The position numbers and the translations under genes are program-made. From positions 101,128-165,127 of the IMG/VR virus record IMGVR_UViG_3300027833_000001: a stretch of 64,000 nt of DNA; one strand, 5' to 3'. Every line of letters begins with the position of its first letter. Position 1 is the first letter of the stretch. The DNA comes from a virus. The notes beneath the pieces were generated by a model. It was not told the DNA's origin, ran no database searches, and was given only the letters and a program-made list of their open reading frames with translations. Shown here piece by piece: positions 18,907 to 29,264 of the stretch.

Positions 18907-20527
18907 AACTTCATATCATGGTAATCCAAACCTAAAACCAGTAGGATATCAACACGATTTTACTCCTGAACAAATTGAAGAGTATTTGAAGTGTAAAGAT
19001 GATGTAATTTACTTTATCGAAAACTACTGCAAAATTGTCACACTAGATTCTGGATTGCAACCCTTCAAACTTTACGAATGTCAAAAGCGAAAAGTAGAGT
19101 TTATCATGGAAGAGCGTAAAGCTATTCTTATGGAAGGCAGACAGCAAGGTAAAACAATTACAGCCGCAGCCTGCATACTACATTATAGTATATTTAATGA
19201 TAGTAAAACAGTTGCTATTATGGCAAACAAGACTTCGGCTGCCCGAGAAGTTCTATCCCGTTATCAAATCATGTACGAACATCTACCTATATGGATGCAA
19301 CAAGGTGTTAAGACTTGGAACAAAGGTAACGTAGACTTAGAGAATGGATCAGTAATATTCACAGCCGCAACAACAGCCTCTGGTATTCGTGGTAAATCTG
19401 TAAACTGGTTGTACATCGATGAGGCTGCCATCATACCAAACAACGTAGCAGATGAATTTTTCACTTCAGTTTATCCTACCATTTCTGCTGGTGAGACTAC
19501 AAAGATTCTACTTACTTCTACACCACTTGGATACAATCACTTCTGGAAATTTTGGAATGAGTCTAAGAAAGGATTAAATGGATTCAAGAGTATGTTTGTA
19601 CCATACTCAGAGATTCCAGGAAGAGATGAGAAATGGGCAGAAGAACAATTTAAACTATTGGGTGAATTAAAGTTTAACCAAGAAGTTTTATGTGATTTTC
19701 TAGGGTCATCTAACACATTGATTAGTGGTAAAGCATTAGGAATGATGTCATCATATGACCCAGAATATACAAAAGATGGATTAGACATATATGAAGAACC
19801 TCAAAAGGATAAATACTATGTTGTAATAGTGGACACTTCTAGAGGCATAGGAGGTGACTATAGTGCATTTACAATGATGGATATAACTGAAATGCCATTT
19901 AAAGTAGTGGGTAAGTATCGAAACAATCAGATATCACCACTATTATATCCCAATATAATTGGTAAAGTAGCATCGGACTTCAATGATGCATACGTCTTAA
20001 TAGAAACAAATGACATTGGACAACAAGTATCAGATATACTTCACCAAGAATTAGAATATGAAAATATATTTAGCACAGTTTCAGAGAATAACAAACAATA
20101 TGTTTCTCCTGGATTCGGAAAGAAAAGCGCATTAGGAGTACGAACAACCAAATCAGTTAAACGACAAGGTTGTTTTGCACTTAAAGCATTAATAGAAGAA
20201 CAAAAACTATTGATTTTCGATGCCGACTGTATTAGTGAATTATCTACATTCGTAGAGAAAGGCGGTACCTTTGTTGCAGATGAAGGATACCATGATGATT
20301 TAGCCATGACCTTAGTGTTATTTGCGTGGCTTAGTACGAATACATTCTTTAAAGACTTGACCAACGTTGATATGAGACAGAATTTATACAATTCAGAGAT
20401 GAGAACAATAGAAAGAGACTTAACACCATTCGGTGTTATAGACGATGGTCAACGAGAAGAAGTATTTGTAGCAAGTGGTGATGTATGGATGTGGGCAGAC
20501 GAGAAAGAGAAATACGAATTATTATAA
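18893..20527 (+). CDS. gp17: Terminase large subunit gp17
   Basis: RQQGKT Walker A, YIDEAA Walker B, STPLG, DTSRG, HDDL. Confidence 0.95.
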   Translation: MALIETSYHGNPNLKPVGYQHDFTPEQIEEYLKCKDDVIYFIENYCKIVTLDSGLQPFKLYECQKRKVEFIMEERKAILMEGRQQGKTITAAACILHYSIFNDSKTVAIMANKTSAAREVLSRYQIMYEHLPIWMQQGVKTWNKGNVDLENGSVIFTAATTASGIRGKSVNWLYIDEAAIIPNNVADEFFTSVYPTISAGETTKILLTSTPLGYNHFWKFWNESKKGLNGFKSMFVPYSEIPGRDEKWAEEQFKLLGELKFNQEVLCDFLGSSNTLISGKALGMMSSYDPEYTKDGLDIYEEPQKDKYYVVIVDTSRGIGGDYSAFTMMDITEMPFKVVGKYRNNQISPLLYPNIIGKVASDFNDAYVLIETNDIGQQVSDILHQELEYENIFSTVSENNKQYVSPGFGKKSALGVRTTKSVKRQGCFALKALIEEQKLLIFDADCISELSTFVEKGGTFVADEGYHDDLAMTLVLFAWLSTNTFFKDLTNVDMRQNLYNSEMRTIERDLTPFGVIDDGQREEVFVASGDVWMWADEKEKYELL

Positions 20528-20530
20528 ATA
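20523..20530 (+). promoter_or_regulatory. Late promoter for gp18
   Basis: TATAAATA. Confidence 0.75.
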
Positions 20531-20591
20531 ATTCATAGGAACAGTAACGTACATTACACGATAACCGTAATTTAACATCGAGGAGAATAAC

Positions 20592-22511
20592 ATGGCTTTT
20601 CAGCTATCACCAGGAGTTCAGGTCAGAGAACAAGACTTGACTAATGTTGTTCCCGCAGTTGCAACCACAATTGGTGCGATTGTAGGAGACTTTAGTTGGG
20701 GTCCTGCCCATCAAATACAAAACGTAGACTCGGAAAACAATTTAGCAGAAATGTTTGGGAAACCAACAACAAGTAATTTCATAGACTTTATGACTGCTTC
20801 ATCATTTTTAGCATATGGGTCTAACTGCTTAACAGTCAGAGAAGTTGGTACTGCCGCAAGAAATGCGACTGCCGATGCATCTGGTTTACTAATAAAAAAC
20901 AGAGAGATTTTTAACGAATCTTATGGTAATGGAGAAGCTAGTGTAGGAGTTTGGGCAGCCAAATATCCTGGAACATTAGGCAACTCTTTAAAAGTCTCAA
21001 TGGCAGACTTAACTTCTACCACAAACACTTCAGTTGCATCTATTGCAGTGACAGCAGGAGGTTCTGGTTATACTTCAGCACCAACAGTCACAGTAGCTAA
21101 TCCAGATACTGGTACTACAGTTGCAACAGCAACAGCAACAGTATCGGGTGGAGCAATCACTGCTATCAGTGTACCGTTTGGTGGAGTTGGATACACTTCA
21201 GTACCTACAATCACTATTTCAGGTGGGGGCGGTTCTGGTGGAACAGCAACAGCAACTCTATCTACTGCTTGGACTTACGCAAATCAATTTGATAACGTAC
21301 CAACCACTACTTCTTGGGGTACTAGATCAGGTACTACAGTAGATGAATTGCACGTTATCGTAGTTGACGAAGACGGATCAATTACAGGTGTAGCTGGAAC
21401 AGTCTTAGAAAAGTTTGCAGGATTATCTAAAGCATCCGATGCTAAAGATGATGTCAATCAGTCCAACTACTGGAAAAAAGTTATCAATGACAGATCCAAA
21501 TGGATATGGGTCATGGATAATCCAACAGAAGGAACAGATTGGGGTACTTCAGCCGCAGGTAATGTCGGATTCGATACACTAACAGCAGGTGTTGCAGATC
21601 AAGAAGTTTCACTATCTGGTGGAGTATTAGCCGCACCAGCAACCGCAGACTTACAATCTGGTTACTTAATGTTTGACAATGACGAATTAATTGACGTATC
21701 GTTAATTATGACTTCGGGTCATGCTCTTGCAGTTTCAGACTATGCAATCGATAACATTGCAGAGATCAGAAAAGACTGTATGGTATTTGTATCTCCAGAA
21801 AGAGATTCAGTTGTTAATAATTCTGGATCAGAAGTAACTGCAATCGTTGCTGATAGAAGTGCATTAACACGCAGTTCATTCGCTGTCATGGACAGTGGGT
21901 GGAAGTATATGTATGACAAGTACAACGACCAGTATGTTTACGTACCACTTAATGGTGACGTAGCTGGTGCTTGTGTTACTTCAGATAACGCAAATGATCC
22001 TTGGTTCTCACCTGCAGGTTATGCCCGCGGAGTAATTAAGAACGCTGTTAAACTTGCATTCTCTCCTAAGAAAGTTGATAGAGATGAGTTATACAGACAA
22101 GGTATTAACCCAGTAGTTGGATTCCCTGGAAACGGTATTGTACTCTTCGGAGACAAAACTTTGCTAGACAAACCTTCTGCATTTAATAGAATCAATGTAC
22201 GTAGACTGTTTATTGTATTAGAAAAAGCAGTTGCTACAGCCGCTAAGTTCCAACTCTTTGACTTCAACGATGCTTTCACAAGAGCGCAGTTCAGATCATT
22301 AGTTGAGCCTTTCTTACGTGACGTACAAGGCAGAAGAGGGATCTATGACTTCAGAGTAGTTTGTGACGAAACAAACAACACTACTGAAACAATAGATGCA
22401 AACGAATTCAGAGCAGATATTTTCGTTAAGCCAGCAAAATCAATCAACTTCATTACGTTGACATTTGTTGCTACACGAACTGGTATCTCTTTTGAAGAAC
22501 TTGGTGCCTAA
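20592..22511 (+). CDS. gp18: Tail sheath protein gp18
   Basis: SPGVQVRE, PWFSPAG, FNRINVRRLF, KPAKSINFI. Confidence 0.95.
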   Translation: MAFQLSPGVQVREQDLTNVVPAVATTIGAIVGDFSWGPAHQIQNVDSENNLAEMFGKPTTSNFIDFMTASSFLAYGSNCLTVREVGTAARNATADASGLLIKNREIFNESYGNGEASVGVWAAKYPGTLGNSLKVSMADLTSTTNTSVASIAVTAGGSGYTSAPTVTVANPDTGTTVATATATVSGGAITAISVPFGGVGYTSVPTITISGGGGSGGTATATLSTAWTYANQFDNVPTTTSWGTRSGTTVDELHVIVVDEDGSITGVAGTVLEKFAGLSKASDAKDDVNQSNYWKKVINDRSKWIWVMDNPTEGTDWGTSAAGNVGFDTLTAGVADQEVSLSGGVLAAPATADLQSGYLMFDNDELIDVSLIMTSGHALAVSDYAIDNIAEIRKDCMVFVSPERDSVVNNSGSEVTAIVADRSALTRSSFAVMDSGWKYMYDKYNDQYVYVPLNGDVAGACVTSDNANDPWFSPAGYARGVIKNAVKLAFSPKKVDRDELYRQGINPVVGFPGNGIVLFGDKTLLDKPSAFNRINVRRLFIVLEKAVATAAKFQLFDFNDAFTRAQFRSLVEPFLRDVQGRRGIYDFRVVCDETNNTTETIDANEFRADIFVKPAKSINFITLTFVATRTGISFEELGA

Positions 22512-22516
22512 TCCCT

Positions 22517-22524
22517 TATAAATA
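22517..22524 (+). promoter_or_regulatory. Late promoter for gp19
   Basis: TATAAATA. Confidence 0.75.
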
Positions 22525-22551
22525 ATAATATTCAACTAGGAGATAAATTAA

Positions 22552-23067
22552 ATGAATATTGAAGAATTTAAAGCGAGACTAGGTGCTGGCGGTGCTAGAC
22601 CAAACCAGTTTCGGGTTTCTCTTGCTTTCCCGAGTTATGTGTCTGGTGTTGATCCATCATACAGTCTTCTCGTTACGGGCGCGGCATTGCCAGCTTCTAA
22701 CGTAAATCCCGCAATCATTCAGTATCGAGGTCGTGAGATCAAGATGGCTGGAGAAAGAATCTTTGATCCATGGACTATTACAGTAGTCAATGATTCAGGT
22801 TTCTCTTTGCGTAAACCATTTGAGACATGGATGAACGGTCTTAATGATCGTGAAACCAACGAAGGTGTTCTCAATCCAAGAGACTATCAAGCAGACTTAA
22901 CAGTTGAACATCTTGATAGAAATGATGCAGTTCTAAATGGTGGTACTTATACTCTCAGAAATGCATTCCCAATACAGATGTCAGAAATTGCACTACAGTA
23001 TGCACAGAACGATATCTTTGAAGAATTTACTGTGACGTTCCAATACTTACACTACGATGTAAAATAG
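22552..23067 (+). CDS. gp19: Tail tube protein gp19
   Basis: GGARPNQF, WTITVVND, EEFTVTF. Confidence 0.92.
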   Translation: MNIEEFKARLGAGGARPNQFRVSLAFPSYVSGVDPSYSLLVTGAALPASNVNPAIIQYRGREIKMAGERIFDPWTITVVNDSGFSLRKPFETWMNGLNDRETNEGVLNPRDYQADLTVEHLDRNDAVLNGGTYTLRNAFPIQMSEIALQYAQNDIFEEFTVTFQYLHYDVK

Positions 23068-23091
23068 AGTTGGACATAGGATTATTATAAT

Positions 23092-24663
23092 ATGGAATTA
23101 TTTGGGTTTGAAATAAACCGGAAGAAGGCGCTAAAGACAGAGAAATCTTTTGTCGCGCCTGATTCGGACGGTGCTTTAGAAAGCATCCAAGCAGGTGGCT
23201 ATTTTGGTACATACTTTGACGTTGAAGGTGTAGCAAATAACGAAGCCGAACTTATTAAGAAGTATCGTGACATATCAATGATGGCAGATGTTGATTCAGC
23301 TATTGAAGATATCGTCAACGATTCAATAAGTAATATGGACAATGAGAAACCTTTAGGATTAAATCTAGAGAATCTCAAAATGTCTGCAACAATAAAGAAA
23401 GCAATACAAGTTGAATTTGATAACATTGTTTCTTTAATGGACTTCAACGATAAAGCACAAGATTACTTTAGACGTTGGTATGTTGATGGTAGAATTTACT
23501 TTCATAAAGTTATTGATACTGCAAAACCAAAAGAAGGTATCAAAGACATAAGATATATTGATCCTAGAAAGATCAAAAAAGTACGGAAAGTAAACAAAGA
23601 GAAAGATAAGAATGGTGTTGCTCTTATTACTAATATTGATGAACATTTTATATTTGATGACAAAGGACTAGCTACTAAGTCTGGACAATATAAAGCGGGT
23701 AATGCTCAAGACAAAGCAATCAAGATAAGCAAAGACGCTATCACATATTGTACCTCAGGCTTGATGGACATGGATAAACTGATCCCTGTCTCATATGTGC
23801 ATAAAGCAATAAGACCTGCGAATCAACTTAGAATGATGGAAAATGCTGTAGTTATCTATCGTATTACTAGAGCACCAGAAAGACGAATCTTTTATATAGA
23901 TGTCGGCAATTTACCTACTGGTAAAGCAGAACAATATCTAAAAGACATTATGGAAAGATATCGTAATAAATTAGTATATGATGCTGGCACGGGTGAAATC
24001 AGAGATGATAAGAAGTTTATGTCAATGCTTGAAGACTTTTGGCTCCCACGGAAAGAGGGTGGTAGAGGCACAGAGATTCAAACATTACCAGGTGGACAAA
24101 ATCTAGGACAGATAGAAGACGTTGAATACTTTCAGCGCAAACTTTATCAGGCACTAAATGTGCCACTGTCTAGACTAGAGCAACAAGCTGGATTAAATTT
24201 TGGTAGAAGTGCAGAGATTACAAGAGATGAACTTAAATTTACTAAGTTTATTTCAAAGCTAAGAAGAAGATTCTCAGGAGTCTTCCACGATCTACTCAAG
24301 ACTCAGTTGGTACTCAAGGGTGTCATAGCTGAGTCTGAATGGGATGATATTAAAGATGACTTGATGTACGATTATGCAAGTGATGTTTACTACACAGAGT
24401 CTAAAGAACAAGAGATTCTACGTAGTCGTATTGAAGTACTCAATGGTGTTGCTCCGTTTATGGGACAATTATACAGTAAGAGATATGTGCAGACTAAGAT
24501 TCTACGCCTTACTGATGAAGAGATTGAGACAATCGATAAAGAGATCGGTGAAGCAGACGAAGGTGAGCATCTAGTTGGCGATGCCGCTGAAGCAGAAAGA
24601 GATAGACAACACCAGATTGCAATGTCGCAAGATGATGAAGAACAACCAAATGGAGAAGAGTGA
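23092..24663 (+). CDS. gp20: Portal protein gp20
   Basis: RAPERRIFYIDVGNLP, MLEDFWLPR, ITRDELKF. Confidence 0.97.
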   Translation: MELFGFEINRKKALKTEKSFVAPDSDGALESIQAGGYFGTYFDVEGVANNEAELIKKYRDISMMADVDSAIEDIVNDSISNMDNEKPLGLNLENLKMSATIKKAIQVEFDNIVSLMDFNDKAQDYFRRWYVDGRIYFHKVIDTAKPKEGIKDIRYIDPRKIKKVRKVNKEKDKNGVALITNIDEHFIFDDKGLATKSGQYKAGNAQDKAIKISKDAITYCTSGLMDMDKLIPVSYVHKAIRPANQLRMMENAVVIYRITRAPERRIFYIDVGNLPTGKAEQYLKDIMERYRNKLVYDAGTGEIRDDKKFMSMLEDFWLPRKEGGRGTEIQTLPGGQNLGQIEDVEYFQRKLYQALNVPLSRLEQQAGLNFGRSAEITRDELKFTKFISKLRRRFSGVFHDLLKTQLVLKGVIAESEWDDIKDDLMYDYASDVYYTESKEQEILRSRIEVLNGVAPFMGQLYSKRYVQTKILRLTDEEIETIDKEIGEADEGEHLVGDAAEAERDRQHQIAMSQDDEEQPNGEE

Positions 24664-24935
24664 TGTCAGATATTGAAGTAGAAGTGAATGATAAGGTTGA
24701 AACAGATAACATAGTCCGTCAGATGATGGACAAAATGGCATCTGGTGACACAACTGGTGCGGCAGACGATTTTAATGTTGCAATGGGACAAAGAGTAGGC
24801 GATGCTTTAGCCACTAGAAAACAAGAAGTGGCAGATACAGTATTCAACACTACCCCAGAAATGGAAAAAATGGGACTTGTAGCAGGTGCTGATGAGTCCA
24901 TAGAAACAAATGGAGAGACAGATGAAGACGTTTAG
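24660..24935 (+). CDS. Small acidic prohead core protein (gp67-like position)
   Basis: Acidic, directly after gp20. Confidence 0.55.
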   Translation: MMSDIEVEVNDKVETDNIVRQMMDKMASGDTTGAADDFNVAMGQRVGDALATRKQEVADTVFNTTPEMEKMGLVAGADESIETNGETDEDV

Positions 24936-25272
24936 GCAGTTTCAAGAAGAAGCTAAACCGGTAAAGAAGCCCACAAAATCAGACCCAACTGCTAATCATC
25001 CAGCAGAAGACGGTGATGAAGGCGATACTACCCCACCTAAACAAGGCTCATCAACAGATCCAAAATTGACACATAATTGTGCAATGAAAGTATTGCATAA
25101 AGAACATGGTGAAGGGCGACCACTTCACTCTGAACACGCTATACCGAGCGCAGATGGTGACATTGCATGGTATAAAGTAATGTTCGAACACGGAATTGAA
25201 ACTTGTGATACAGTAGACCTTGATGTTTTATTAACGGAGTCGCATTCCAATCACAAGAAAAAAGGCTATTAG
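24922..25272 (+). CDS. Putative internal head protein with capsid-targeting-like N-terminus
   Basis: GGAG RBS then MKTFRQFQEE, resembling the T4 internal-protein targeting sequence. Confidence 0.55.
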   Translation: MKTFRQFQEEAKPVKKPTKSDPTANHPAEDGDEGDTTPPKQGSSTDPKLTHNCAMKVLHKEHGEGRPLHSEHAIPSADGDIAWYKVMFEHGIETCDTVDLDVLLTESHSNHKKKGY

Positions 25273-25281
25273 GAGAATTAA

Positions 25282-25668
25282 ATGGCGGTCACAGTAGACG
25301 TTTTAAAATTAACTCAAGTTCAAGGCGTAGTAGCCGTTAGTGGAACTGGCGCGGCAGGTACCATCGCTCTTGCAACTACTCTAAAGAAATCAACCGAAAC
25401 ACAATCGACACCAATAGCTAATATTAGATCCATTAAGTGGACATTAGCTGCCGCTGGTGTTGCGACTGTTACGAGAAACAGTAAAGTTCTTTATGATCTA
25501 GATAAGTCTGGTGAGATTGAGTTTAACGGCTTCTCTGATATTAGAGAAAATGGCTCTGATATAGTAGTGACACTATCAGGTGGATCAGGTACAGTAATCG
25601 TTGAAACAACAAAAGTAAGTGGTTATGGATCACAACAGCATCAAGGTGCAGATGGGAGTCTAGGTTAA
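25282..25668 (+). CDS. Hypothetical virion protein
   Basis: 128 aa, beta-rich, AGGAG RBS, in head module. Confidence 0.6.
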   Translation: MAVTVDVLKLTQVQGVVAVSGTGAAGTIALATTLKKSTETQSTPIANIRSIKWTLAAAGVATVTRNSKVLYDLDKSGEIEFNGFSDIRENGSDIVVTLSGGSGTVIVETTKVSGYGSQQHQGADGSLG

Positions 25669-26321
25669 TGAAACTAATTACAGAAACAGTTGAAGATGTC
25701 AAGTACATCGTAGAAGAGAAAGATGGCAAAAAATCAATGTTTATTGAGGGTGTCTTTCTTCAGTCAGAATTAAAAAATAGAAACGGTAGGATGTACCCCA
25801 AAGAAATCATGCAACGAGAAGTTGCTAGGTACACCAAAGAAAACATCGATACTAAGAGAGCAATGGGCGAACTTGGTCATCCTGATGGACCTACTGTCAA
25901 TCTAGACCGTGTGTCACATCTTATTACTTCACTAAAAGAAGATGGCAATAACTATATCGGTAGAGCAAAAATTCTTGATACACCAATGGGCAACATTGCA
26001 AGAAACCTCATAGAAGAGGGCGCACAATTAGGAGTGAGTTCACGTGGACTTGGATCACTAAAAGAGCGCAACGGTATCAATGAAGTACAGGACGATTTCA
26101 TGCTGTCTACCGCCGCAGATATAGTTTCTGATCCTTCAGCACCAGATGCATTCGTAAGAGGCATCATGGAGAATAGAGAATGGATTATGGAGAACGGTTG
26201 TTGGCGCGAAAGGGAAGTAGACATGGCAAAGGCTTTTATACATAAGACTTCTGCCCGTGAACTGGAAGAAGCAAAACTAGTTGTCTTTGAATCGTTTATG
26301 AAACGACTTTCGAAAATCTAA
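25668..26321 (+). CDS. gp21: Prohead protease gp21
   Basis: GELGHP, GVSSRGLGS, DIVSDPSAPDAFV. Confidence 0.95.
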   Translation: MKLITETVEDVKYIVEEKDGKKSMFIEGVFLQSELKNRNGRMYPKEIMQREVARYTKENIDTKRAMGELGHPDGPTVNLDRVSHLITSLKEDGNNYIGRAKILDTPMGNIARNLIEEGAQLGVSSRGLGSLKERNGINEVQDDFMLSTAADIVSDPSAPDAFVRGIMENREWIMENGCWREREVDMAKAFIHKTSARELEEAKLVVFESFMKRLSKI

Positions 26322-26326
26322 CTTTT

Positions 26327-26334
26327 TATAAATA
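26327..26334 (+). promoter_or_regulatory. Late promoter for gp22
   Basis: TATAAATA. Confidence 0.75.
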
Positions 26335-26370
26335 TTATCAGAAACATAATCCTAAAAGGAGATCAGTAAC

Positions 26371-27570
26371 ATGAGTGTAGAAAATAAGATCAGAGAGTTT
26401 CTTGCGAAGGGTTCAGCCCTTAGTGAAGAACTCCAAGAACTGGATGAGAAGGCAGACAACCTTTCTCCCAATAGTAAACCAGGTGATTCATCTGCCCCTA
26501 CTCAGGGTAGTTCAGATGCTAATCCTGAAAAAGACGATTTAAGTGGAACTAACAACAAGGAAGGTGGTTTAACTGCTGAAGTTGGTAAAGCCGCATCTGC
26601 TAAAGCGAAGAAAGATGGAACATTACCTAAGGGTAATGGTGCTAAAGAAGCTCCTTCTAACTTTGAAAACGAAGAAAACACAGAAGCCTCTGTAAACAAT
26701 AGTTCATCACAAGGCGTAGTCGCACAAGAAGAAGTAGCATCTGAAGAAGAAGTTATCTCTGAAGACGAAGGCACTGAAGAAGAATTGGAAGTTGTTTCCG
26801 AGACTGAAGAAGTTGTAGCAGAAGACGACCAAGAAGTTGTGTCTGAAGATGAAAGTCTTTTCAGTCAAGACATCCAAGGTTTGTTCGAATCAGAAGAGAA
26901 TCTTTCTGAAGAGTTCAAGACTAAGGCAGCCGGTATCTTTGAAGCTGTAGTAACAGCCCGTATTGCCAATGAGATGGACACAATTGAAGCAGAATTAAAA
27001 GAAGAAGCCAACCTTCAGCAAGAGACATTTAAGGAAGAAATGGTTGAGAAACTAGACTCTTTCCTTTCCTATGTTGCTGAGAACTGGATGAAAGAAAATG
27101 AACTTGCCATAGAGCGAGGTCTACGTGCAGAGATCACTGAAGACTTCATTTCTGGTATGAAAACCCTATTCGCTGAACACTACATTCAAGTGCCTGAAGA
27201 GCAGTATGATGTACTGGGCGAAATGCAGGACAAAATTGACTCTTTGGAAACAAAGTTAAATGAGTCCCTTGAAGAAAAGATCGAAGTGGCAGCCCAAAAG
27301 CAAGACCTTCAAAAACAAGCAGTTATCAAGGAAGCTAGTGAAGATTTAACACTAACTGAAGCTGAGAAATTTGCTAAACTTGTTGAAGACATTGAATTTG
27401 GTAGCACTGAAATCTTCCAAGAAAAAGTTGCAGTAGTTAAGGAAAACTATTTTCCAAAGCAAGCGCAACAAGATGAAGATAAAATGGACGATACAGTCGA
27501 AGGGCTAGCCCAAGATGACAGTTATATTTCCAGATATGCTCAGGCAATCTCTCAATCAGCAAAGTTCTAA
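26371..27570 (+). CDS. gp22: Prohead scaffold protein gp22
   Basis: LSEEFKTKA..IFEA, YVAENWMKEN..AI..G, KENYF. Confidence 0.9.
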   Translation: MSVENKIREFLAKGSALSEELQELDEKADNLSPNSKPGDSSAPTQGSSDANPEKDDLSGTNNKEGGLTAEVGKAASAKAKKDGTLPKGNGAKEAPSNFENEENTEASVNNSSSQGVVAQEEVASEEEVISEDEGTEEELEVVSETEEVVAEDDQEVVSEDESLFSQDIQGLFESEENLSEEFKTKAAGIFEAVVTARIANEMDTIEAELKEEANLQQETFKEEMVEKLDSFLSYVAENWMKENELAIERGLRAEITEDFISGMKTLFAEHYIQVPEEQYDVLGEMQDKIDSLETKLNESLEEKIEVAAQKQDLQKQAVIKEASEDLTLTEAEKFAKLVEDIEFGSTEIFQEKVAVVKENYFPKQAQQDEDKMDDTVEGLAQDDSYISRYAQAISQSAKF

Positions 27571-27581
27571 ATAACAAAGTT

Positions 27582-27589
27582 TATAAATA
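27582..27589 (+). promoter_or_regulatory. Late promoter for gp23
   Basis: TATAAATA. Confidence 0.8.
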
Positions 27590-27626
27590 ATAGTACGAAT
27601 CAAAACCCCAATAGGAGAAACGAAAA

Positions 27627-28904
27627 ATGTATCTTTCTGAACAAATTCAAGAGAAGTGGGCTCCAGTTCTGGACCACGAAGCTCTTGGCGAAATCAAAGA
27701 CCCATACAAGAAAGCAGTTACCGCTGTAATTCTTGAAAACCAAGAGAAGGCGTGTAAAGAAGAACGCCTCGCTCTTAACGAAGTCGCAGTCAATAGTAAT
27801 ACTGGCGGCGGAATCGACAACTATGACCCAATTCTGATTAGCTTAGTAAGACGGGCATTGCCTAATCTTATGGCTTATGACGTAGCTGGTGTTCAACCAA
27901 TGACTGGACCTACTGGTCTTATCTTTGCAATGAAGTCACACTTTACCAATCAAACTGGTACAGAGGCTTTATTCAACGAAGCAGACACAGACTTTTCTGG
28001 TTCTGGTACTCACGCTGGATCAAACCCAGTAGACGGTACTTACACAACTGGTACTGGTACTGCTACTAATACTGCTGAAGCACTTGGCGATTCAGGCGGA
28101 ACAGACTTTGACGAGATGGCTTTCTCAATCGAGAAAACAACCGTTACTGCAAAGACTCGCGCACTGAAAGCTGAGTACACAGTTGAATTAGCACAAGACC
28201 TTAAAGCTATCCACGGTTTGGATGCTGAAGGCGAGTTGTCTAACATTCTTTCACAAGAAATTCTTGCTGAAATTAACCGTGAAGTTATTCGAACAATCTA
28301 CAAAGTCGCTAAGCCTGGTTCTGCATCTACTGCAACAGCCGGTACTTTCGATCTTGATGTTGATTCAAATGGCAGATGGTCAGTTGAGCGATTCAAAGGC
28401 TTACTCTTCAACATTGAAAGAGATGCTAACGTAATCGCGCAAGACACACGTAGAGGGAAAGGTAACTTCATCATCACATCTGCTGATGTTGCGGCTGCAC
28501 TCTCAATGGCTGGTGTTCTTGATACTGGTTCAGCACTTCAAGGTGGAGGTCAACTTAATGTTGATGATACTGGCAATACATTTGCTGGTGTTCTTAACGG
28601 TCGTTATAAAGTATATGTTGATCCTTATTCAGCAAATACTGGAGCCGCTTCACAGTTCTACGTAGTTGGTTATAAAGGATCTAGCGCATATGATGCTGGT
28701 ATCTTCTACTGCCCATACGTTCCACTGCAAATGGTTAGAGCGATTGACCCAGGTAACTTCCAGCCTAAGATTGGCTTCAAGACACGTTATGGCATGATTG
28801 CGAATCCTTTCGTAACTCAAGCTAATGGTACTACTGACGGTGCAACATTCACTGCTGACCGTAACCAGTATTACAGACTGTCTAAAGTTACAAACCTTAT
28901 GTAA
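27627..28904 (+). CDS. gp23: Major capsid protein gp23
   Basis: GVQPMTGPTGLIFAM, ELAQDLKAIHG, FYCPYVPL, FKTRYG. Confidence 0.97.
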   Translation: MYLSEQIQEKWAPVLDHEALGEIKDPYKKAVTAVILENQEKACKEERLALNEVAVNSNTGGGIDNYDPILISLVRRALPNLMAYDVAGVQPMTGPTGLIFAMKSHFTNQTGTEALFNEADTDFSGSGTHAGSNPVDGTYTTGTGTATNTAEALGDSGGTDFDEMAFSIEKTTVTAKTRALKAEYTVELAQDLKAIHGLDAEGELSNILSQEILAEINREVIRTIYKVAKPGSASTATAGTFDLDVDSNGRWSVERFKGLLFNIERDANVIAQDTRRGKGNFIITSADVAAALSMAGVLDTGSALQGGGQLNVDDTGNTFAGVLNGRYKVYVDPYSANTGAASQFYVVGYKGSSAYDAGIFYCPYVPLQMVRAIDPGNFQPKIGFKTRYGMIANPFVTQANGTTDGATFTADRNQYYRLSKVTNLM

Positions 28905-28934
28905 TATAAAAAGAATCTCAATAGAGACACTTTT

Positions 28935-28961
28935 AAGGGAGCTTTCGGGCTCCCTTTTTTT
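28935..28961 (+). terminator. Rho-independent terminator after gp23
   Basis: AAGGGAGCT-TTCG-GGCTCCCTT stem plus U tract. Confidence 0.9.
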
Positions 28962-28967
28962 GTGCGT

Positions 28968-28975
28968 TATAAATA
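28968..28975 (+). promoter_or_regulatory. Late promoter upstream of iscU region
   Basis: TATAAATA directly after the terminator. Confidence 0.7.
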
Positions 28976-29012
28976 GAAACGTGCAATGTCGCACAGTCAC
29001 AATGGAAGTGAA

Positions 29013-29249
29013 GTGGATATATTATTACCAGTAGTATTAGCTATAGTAACATTTATTTACGAACCAGGAAACGAAAAGATCAACGATTATTGTAGAGCCG
29101 CAGTTGCGGGTGATCAGTTAGGGCTTGATGGTGAGCCACTTACAACAGAGACTTTCTCGTCAAGAAAAGAATGTTGGGATTACTATGATGATTTTAGAGA
29201 AGATATACCAACTATAAACAATGGGGTAAAATATCCCAGAGGTCAATAA
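29013..29249 (+). CDS. Small hypothetical protein with N-terminal hydrophobic segment
   Basis: GTG start; ILLPVVLAIVTFIY; two Cys. Confidence 0.5.
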   Translation: MDILLPVVLAIVTFIYEPGNEKINDYCRAAVAGDQLGLDGEPLTTETFSSRKECWDYYDDFREDIPTINNGVKYPRGQ

Positions 29250-29264
29250 GACTAGGAGGTAAAA

